Shown piece by piece: positions 17,151 through 21,150 of a DNA stretch of 21,150 nucleotides. This DNA comes from a virus (taxonomy: Duplodnaviria > Heunggongvirae > Uroviricota > Caudoviricetes): the IMG/VR virus record IMGVR_UViG_2778261446_000001; one strand, written 5' to 3'. The notes under the pieces are model-generated. The model was not told the origin of the DNA. It ran no database searches and worked only from the letters and a program-made list of their open reading frames with translations. Positions within the stretch are counted from its first letter, which is position 1. Each line of letters starts with the position of its first letter. The position numbers were made by a program, and so were the translations under genes.

Positions 17151-18772
17151 CAGGCCTGTCTCCCTAGCAGCTCCCAGATGTTCAGGGCTGAATTCATTGG
17201 CGCGTAGCTGATCATCACCGAGTCGGCAAGGTTTGGCGACCGGGTTCCATCAGGCTGTTTATCAATAACGATTTTTCCCACACCATTAATGGAATAGGTC
17301 GGCTGCGAAAGCTCGATGATGAGTTTATCTTTGAGTGCCATGCTACTGCTGATTGAGATGATTTCGTCCGGGTTGTAATCCATACCTTCAACCACGGCGC
17401 GCCAGGTATTCTGAAAAAGTTTACGTAACCGCCACCAGCTCTGGGCTTTGGCGTTAGCGAAGAAGTCCTTGTTCAGGCGGGCGGCTTGCCCGTTGTCCCC
17501 GCGAACAGCTTCATCATCCGGATCAAATACCGCGCCACTACCTCGAAACGGTGTGGCGAGTATTGACGGTCGGCGCGCAGCGTTACGCAGTTCGTTGATA
17601 GCGCGTGCATCGCCGCGAACGCCAGCGCCCAGCCCGTCCTCGTCAAAGCGAAACTCTTCGAGGTTGTCCTGTTCGCAAAAACCGAAGACCTTCTCGACGG
17701 ACTGATAAATGTCGCTGCCCACACCAGACCATTCCCGCACATTTTCCAGGAGGAAGCCATGACGGGTGGAAAAGGCATTTTTGTCCCTGCCTTCATCAGC
17801 GACATCCATCGCGCCAAGTCGTTTGCCTGTTGGCTGGATACCCAGTCTGATATGCGCATCAACGGCAGCCTGTACCCATTCGGATGGAATCAGGACGCCT
17901 TCCGCTGATGCGCTGTAGTTCAGATCAAGTTCCTGTGCCACCACCACCGGATTATCGATTTTCTCGCATTCCCTGCGATACCACTCTTCATCCTTGCGAG
18001 GATCATCCCGCCAGTGGAATGTGAATACCGGTATCTTCCCGCCATGACGCTTCTGAGCGAACGGGTTAGCCATGCCGTTAACTGAACTCAGGTCGATACG
18101 GCAACGCGTCGTTTGTGACAACGCCGCATCAATCAGCAGAGGACGCTGAAGGAATGCAGCCTCATCAACCAGATAAAGCGTGGTACGGTCACCACGACCA
18201 ATATTATCGCCAGCCTCGCCTTTGATAACGGCACCAGTTTCAGGAAACTCAACACGCATATATGGCGCGTGCTTCTTCTCGCTCCACGAACCGCGAAACT
18301 CTACAGGTAGTGTTTCCACGAACTTGCGCGCCTTCCAGAACAATGCTTTCGGGTCACCGGTGCTGTCGACGTATTCCTCTTTACGGGAGCCGAAACCGAT
18401 AACCATTTCTTTGTTGAAGAGACAAAGCGAGCATGCCAGCCCGATCGCGGTCCAACTGAGCCCCATTTCACGGGATTTTTCGGTAATACCATTCTCCCGA
18501 TTACCCCAGCGTTCCATAATCCAGTGGATCCACTCCTCCTGCTTAGGGAAGAGTAAAAACGGAATGGTCACCGGCAGGCCATAATCAATATTACGCGGGT
18601 CCGTTGTCATGCCCCAGTCGATGATGAACTGAGCCGGATTGGTTCGGTAAAACTGTTTTAGTGCAGGCAATATTTCAGGATTCTGGCGAATGCGCTGTAG
18701 GCGTTCCATCCGCCATTCAAAAACTATCTGGTAATCAGGATGTTTAAAATCGAAGGGGAATGGTAACGGCAT
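17150..18772 (-). CDS. Terminase large subunit
   Basis: 540-aa ORF with ATG at 18772, 5 nt after the small-terminase stop. Size and position between the small terminase and portal support the call. Confidence 0.8.
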   Translation of the reverse strand: MPLPFPFDFKHPDYQIVFEWRMERLQRIRQNPEILPALKQFYRTNPAQFIIDWGMTTDPRNIDYGLPVTIPFLLFPKQEEWIHWIMERWGNRENGITEKSREMGLSWTAIGLACSLCLFNKEMVIGFGSRKEEYVDSTGDPKALFWKARKFVETLPVEFRGSWSEKKHAPYMRVEFPETGAVIKGEAGDNIGRGDRTTLYLVDEAAFLQRPLLIDAALSQTTRCRIDLSSVNGMANPFAQKRHGGKIPVFTFHWRDDPRKDEEWYRRECEKIDNPVVVAQELDLNYSASAEGVLIPSEWVQAAVDAHIRLGIQPTGKRLGAMDVADEGRDKNAFSTRHGFLLENVREWSGVGSDIYQSVEKVFGFCEQDNLEEFRFDEDGLGAGVRGDARAINELRNAARRPSILATPFRGSGAVFDPDDEAVRGDNGQAARLNKDFFANAKAQSWWRLRKLFQNTWRAVVEGMDYNPDEIISISSSMALKDKLIIELSQPTYSINGVGKIVIDKQPDGTRSPNLADSVMISYAPMNSALNIWELLGRQA

Positions 18773-18774
18773 AC

Positions 18775-19329
18775 TTAGCCCATCATTTTTCTATACGCCT
18801 CTGCAGCCTGCTCCGGCGTTAAGTTGGTAATTTCTGTTCTGACTGGTCCTCCGTCAGCACCAGTCACTTCATTTTTGACATTGTCTTTAAACGCCTGAAC
18901 AGAAACATGACGCCCGAGCAACTCAAGGTTTTTAACCTTATCAGGCCATTTGATTTTCTTCAGGAGAGCAGCACTATCTGCTGATGCCATCTCGACGACA
19001 TCCATTCCTGATAGCGTTGTACGCCACACCTTAGGCCAGTCTTTAATCGGCTTCAGTTCGCCATTGGCAAGCAGAATGTCAAGCACGTCCATCTGATCGA
19101 TTTCAGTCAGCCGTCGCAATACATAGGCAGCGTCTATACCTACCTCTTCATTGCGTTCAGCCTTTAGCTCAGCAATGCGATCTGCTATGTCAGGTTTTGA
19201 CAGGTTCTCGCTACCAGTGGCGCGAGCAGTTTTCTCGCTGTAACCCGCCCTGATAGCTGCCTGAGTGGCGTTTAAATCTTTCAGGTACTCACGGGCAAAC
19301 AGCTCTTGTTTGTCGGTGAGCTTTGCCAT
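18775..19329 (-). CDS. Terminase small subunit (Terminase_2-type)
   Basis: 184-aa ORF with ATG at 19329 and GGAG about 10 nt upstream. The N-terminus [16 protein letters not shown]...[11 protein letters not shown] matches the conserved small-terminase helix-turn-helix motif. Confidence 0.75.
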   Translation of the reverse strand: MAKLTDKQELFAREYLKDLNATQAAIRAGYSEKTARATGSENLSKPDIADRIAELKAERNEEVGIDAAYVLRRLTEIDQMDVLDILLANGELKPIKDWPKVWRTTLSGMDVVEMASADSAALLKKIKWPDKVKNLELLGRHVSVQAFKDNVKNEVTGADGGPVRTEITNLTPEQAAEAYRKMMG

Positions 19330-19356
19330 TATTTGTGCTCCGTTTATCCGTTAAAA

Positions 19357-19423
19357 GGGATATCAGTTAAGTTATCCCGTGTAGGGTATAAGCCATTGTC
19401 GAGACCACTCATTGAATGGTCTC
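19357..19423. repeat. Two hairpin-forming inverted repeats in the terminase leader
   Basis: GGGATA-(10 nt)-TATCCC at 19357-19378 and GAGACCA-(9 nt)-TGGTCTC at 19401-19423, both inside the ~300 bp non-coding gap upstream of the small terminase gene. Confidence 0.5.
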
Positions 19424-19631
19424 TGCAATAACCGATGTCTTTCCATCAGTCCGCCACCACAAAGAATCTTTTTTGCCATAAGGCAGGAGGTTCATCTTTC
19501 AGTGGCTGCCAGTGTTATTTCCCCACTTACTGGCTTGGGTTGTTTCGCTGTACTGCCGTTAATTAGTGACCAGAAATTAACTCCGGTTTCATTATCAAGC
19601 CCACCCGTAGATAGGCTTTGTAATGACATCT

Positions 19632-20156
19632 TCAATTAATCAGCAGTTCAGGCTGTGTCACCTGCAAGATGTATTCATGCTCGACAGCCAGGACACGCTT
19701 CTCTTTCTTCCGTTCGTTCATTAACCGACTGCCGATCGTACCTTTCAGCTTTGAGCGTGTTTCTTTGATGGCGTAGCGGTGCTGCATTTCTTCGCCAATT
19801 GCCATGCGGCGGCTCAGTTGCTCTGCCATCCAGTTGAATGCCGCGATATAGCTCTCCTTGATTGCCGCAGCAGCTTTCCCGGTGAACCCCATCACAACCA
19901 TGATCCAGCCATCTTTCGTCAGGCTGTACATCGGGCGAACCTTGCCCTGCTCATCGATATAATCAGCCGACGCAAAATTGCGTTGGCTAAACTCACGCGA
20001 GCAATCAGCCTTAACCTGCTCGATTTTCCTGAGAACATCACCGTGTCGCTTGCCGAAGTACTTGGCAATTTTTCTGGATGTGGTAACGACCTCTCCGTTT
20101 TTGGCTTGCACCATTTCTCGGAAGTCGAAGGCTGGAATAACTGAATGATTATTCAT
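19632..20156 (-). CDS. rha: Rha-family phage regulatory protein
   Basis: The track ORF begins at GTG 20192; the preferred start is ATG 20156 (MNNHSVIP...) with AAGG upstream. Contains the motifs TTSRKIAKYFGKRHGDVLRKIE and YSLTKDGWIMVVMGFTGKAAAAIKESYIAAFNWM, characteristic of the Phage_pRha family. Confidence 0.75.
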   Translation of the reverse strand: MNNHSVIPAFDFREMVQAKNGEVVTTSRKIAKYFGKRHGDVLRKIEQVKADCSREFSQRNFASADYIDEQGKVRPMYSLTKDGWIMVVMGFTGKAAAAIKESYIAAFNWMAEQLSRRMAIGEEMQHRYAIKETRSKLKGTIGSRLMNERKKEKRVLAVEHEYILQVTQPELLIN

Positions 20157-20298
20157 AGCGTCTTTACCTTTTAGAAAGTGAGCCTGTCTCACAGAAAAGC
20201 CGCCCGAGAGAGGTCGCCACCTATAACGGCATTTCTCAGGCTCGCTTACTGAAAGGCTCTCGTTAATATGCGCGTGAGATGCGCGTTTACTGCGGACA

Positions 20299-20325
20299 TA
20301 AAAAAGCCCCGCTTTTCGCGAGGCT
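20299..20325 (-). terminator. Rho-independent terminator downstream of the Rz/Rz1 lysis genes
   Basis: Minus-strand stem AGCCTCGC / GCGGGGCT (8 bp with one mismatch, 5-nt loop) followed by UUUUUU. It lies about 30 nt after the Rz stop codon. Confidence 0.55.
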
Positions 20326-20356
20326 CATTAAATGGACTTTGTGGTTTGCAAAAAAA

Positions 20357-20794
20357 TTATTTCAGGCACTGAGTCCTGATGTACTCCTGCAGGTAGTTAA
20401 CCTGCGCGGTTATCCTGTCGATTCCACTTCGGAGACGGTAATAATTGAGTTCAGCATCTGCTGTAAGTCTTGGGCTTTCTCCATCGCCCATGCTGCTGGC
20501 TCCGGTCGTTGACTTTGCACAGGTGGCGGCGACTTGCAGGCGCTTACGACCAGCAGAAACATCAGCACGGAGACTTTCGATAGTCGCGTTAGCATCAGCA
20601 AGCTCCTTTGTGTATCTGGCGTCGAGTTCTGCTACATCACGTTGACGCTTCTGCATGTCAGCGATGATGGATGTGGCTTTATCACGCTGATCTTTGTAGG
20701 CGATGGCGTTATCACGGTAATGATTAACAGCCCATGACAGACAGACGATGATGCAGATAACCAGAGCGGAGATAATCGCGGTGACTCTGCTCAT
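20357..20794 (-). CDS. Rz: Spanin, inner-membrane subunit (i-spanin Rz)
   Basis: 145-aa ORF. The N-terminus [31 protein letters not shown] is essentially identical to lambda Rz. Its ATG overlaps the R stop (ATGA), and it has an N-terminal transmembrane helix followed by a coiled-coil-like periplasmic domain. Confidence 0.9.
   Translation of the reverse strand: MSRVTAIISALVICIIVCLSWAVNHYRDNAIAYKDQRDKATSIIADMQKRQRDVAELDARYTKELADANATIESLRADVSAGRKRLQVAATCAKSTTGASSMGDGESPRLTADAELNYYRLRSGIDRITAQVNYLQEYIRTQCLK
20410..20595 (-). CDS. Rz1: Spanin, outer-membrane lipoprotein subunit (o-spanin Rz1), embedded in Rz in the +1 frame
   Basis: The track ORF starts at TTG 20601; the ATG is at 20595. It has a signal peptide with lipobox (LLVVSAC) and a Pro-rich mature region ([16 protein letters not shown]), and lies entirely inside Rz, as in lambda. 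Confidence 0.75.
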   Translation of the reverse strand: MLTRLSKVSVLMFLLVVSACKSPPPVQSQRPEPAAWAMEKAQDLQQMLNSIITVSEVESTG

Positions 20795-21150
20795 ACCTCA
20801 ATCTCTCTGACCGTTCCGCCAGCCTCTTTGAATTTTGCAATCAGGCTGTCAGCCTTATGCTCGAACTGACCATAACCAGCGCCCGGCAGTGAAGCCCAGA
20901 TATTGCTGCAACGGTCAATTGCCTGACGAATATCACCACGATCAATCATCGGCAAAGCGCCACGCTCCTTAATCTGCTGCAATGCCACAGCGTCCTGGCT
21001 TTTCGGAGAGAAGTCTTTCAGGCCAAGCTGCTTACGGTAGGCATCCCACCAACGGGAAAGAAGCTGGTAGCGTCCGGCGGCTGTTGATTTGAGTTTGGGG
21101 TTTAGCGTGACAAGTTTGCGAGGGTGATCGGAGTAATCAGTGAATAGCTC
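20791..21150 (-). CDS. R: Endolysin R, lambda-type lytic transglycosylase (5' end outside window)
   Basis: The frame is open from the window edge: [119 protein letters not shown]. This is near-identical to the C-terminal ~119 residues of lambda R as I recall it. The track shows only the portion from an internal GTG at 20988. Confidence 0.9.
   Translation of the reverse strand, partial: ELFTDYSDHPRKLVTLNPKLKSTAAGRYQLLSRWWDAYRKQLGLKDFSPKSQDAVALQQIKERGALPMIDRGDIRQAIDRCSNIWASLPGAGYGQFEHKADSLIAKFKEAGGTVREIEV

Noticed and set aside
662-18492. Minus-strand ORFs nested in alternative frames inside larger genes (662..967, 2313..2522, 6437..6784, 7679..7990, 10434..10622, 12299..12553, 14420..14644, 15139..15345, 16315..16518, 17473..17862, 18301..18492).
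   Set aside because: They are out-of-frame overlaps with better-supported genes and have no independent signals. The one exception is Rz1 (20410..20595), kept because nested o-spanins are an established arrangement.
19495-19629. 45-aa minus-strand ORF, and two shorter ones, in the terminase leader.
   Set aside because: Weak or absent ribosome-binding sites, no recognisable features, and overlap with the hairpins. Left as non-coding pending comparative data.
20264-20290. Short direct repeat ATGCGCG ... ATGCGCG near the Rz terminator.
   Set aside because: Too short to distinguish from chance, and not a palindrome, so no obvious binding-site symmetry.
101-20737. All plus-strand ORFs in the track (for example 1611..2048, 7078..7581, 7317..7826, 13810..14484, 14325..14840, 15688..16131, 16176..16874, 18180..18584, 19779..20144).
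   Set aside because: Each lies antisense within a well-supported minus-strand gene, has no convincing ribosome-binding site, and shows the biased low-complexity composition (Ser/Pro/Arg/Cys-rich) of antisense translation. None was called a gene.
1-21150. Scan for CRISPR arrays, tRNA or rRNA genes, IS elements or an integrase.
   Set aside because: No periodic direct repeats with spacers, no cloverleaf-like conserved tRNA motifs, no terminal inverted repeats flanking a transposase-like ORF, and no recombinase-like ORF were seen. The window is a contiguous phage late region.

Overview
The window is essentially one minus-strand late operon of a temperate, mosaic enterobacterial myovirus-type prophage, with every credible gene transcribed from high to low coordinates. 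In transcription order: lambda-type lysis genes (R endolysin, 5' end outside the window; nested Rz/Rz1 spanins), an intrinsic terminator, a Rha-family regulator, a ~300 bp non-coding leader with two hairpins, then small and large terminase, portal, MuF-like head morphogenesis protein, scaffold-like protein, major capsid and neck genes, contractile tail sheath and tube, a tail chaperone with an apparent -1 programmed frameshift, tape measure, baseplate hub genes, central spike, gpW/gpJ/gpI-like wedge genes, and the start of a tail fiber gene that runs off the window. The most interesting feature is a ~640 bp AT-rich island (3458-4083) between the hub and spike genes, encoding a signal-peptide-bearing small secreted protein and a 79-aa two-helix membrane protein with its own sigma70-like promoter and intrinsic terminator: a candidate lysogenic-conversion or superinfection-exclusion moron of unknown function. 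No rRNA, tRNA, CRISPR array or IS element was recognised. Plus-strand ORFs in the track all look like antisense artefacts. All family assignments rest on recalled sequence resemblance and gene order, since no database search could be run.
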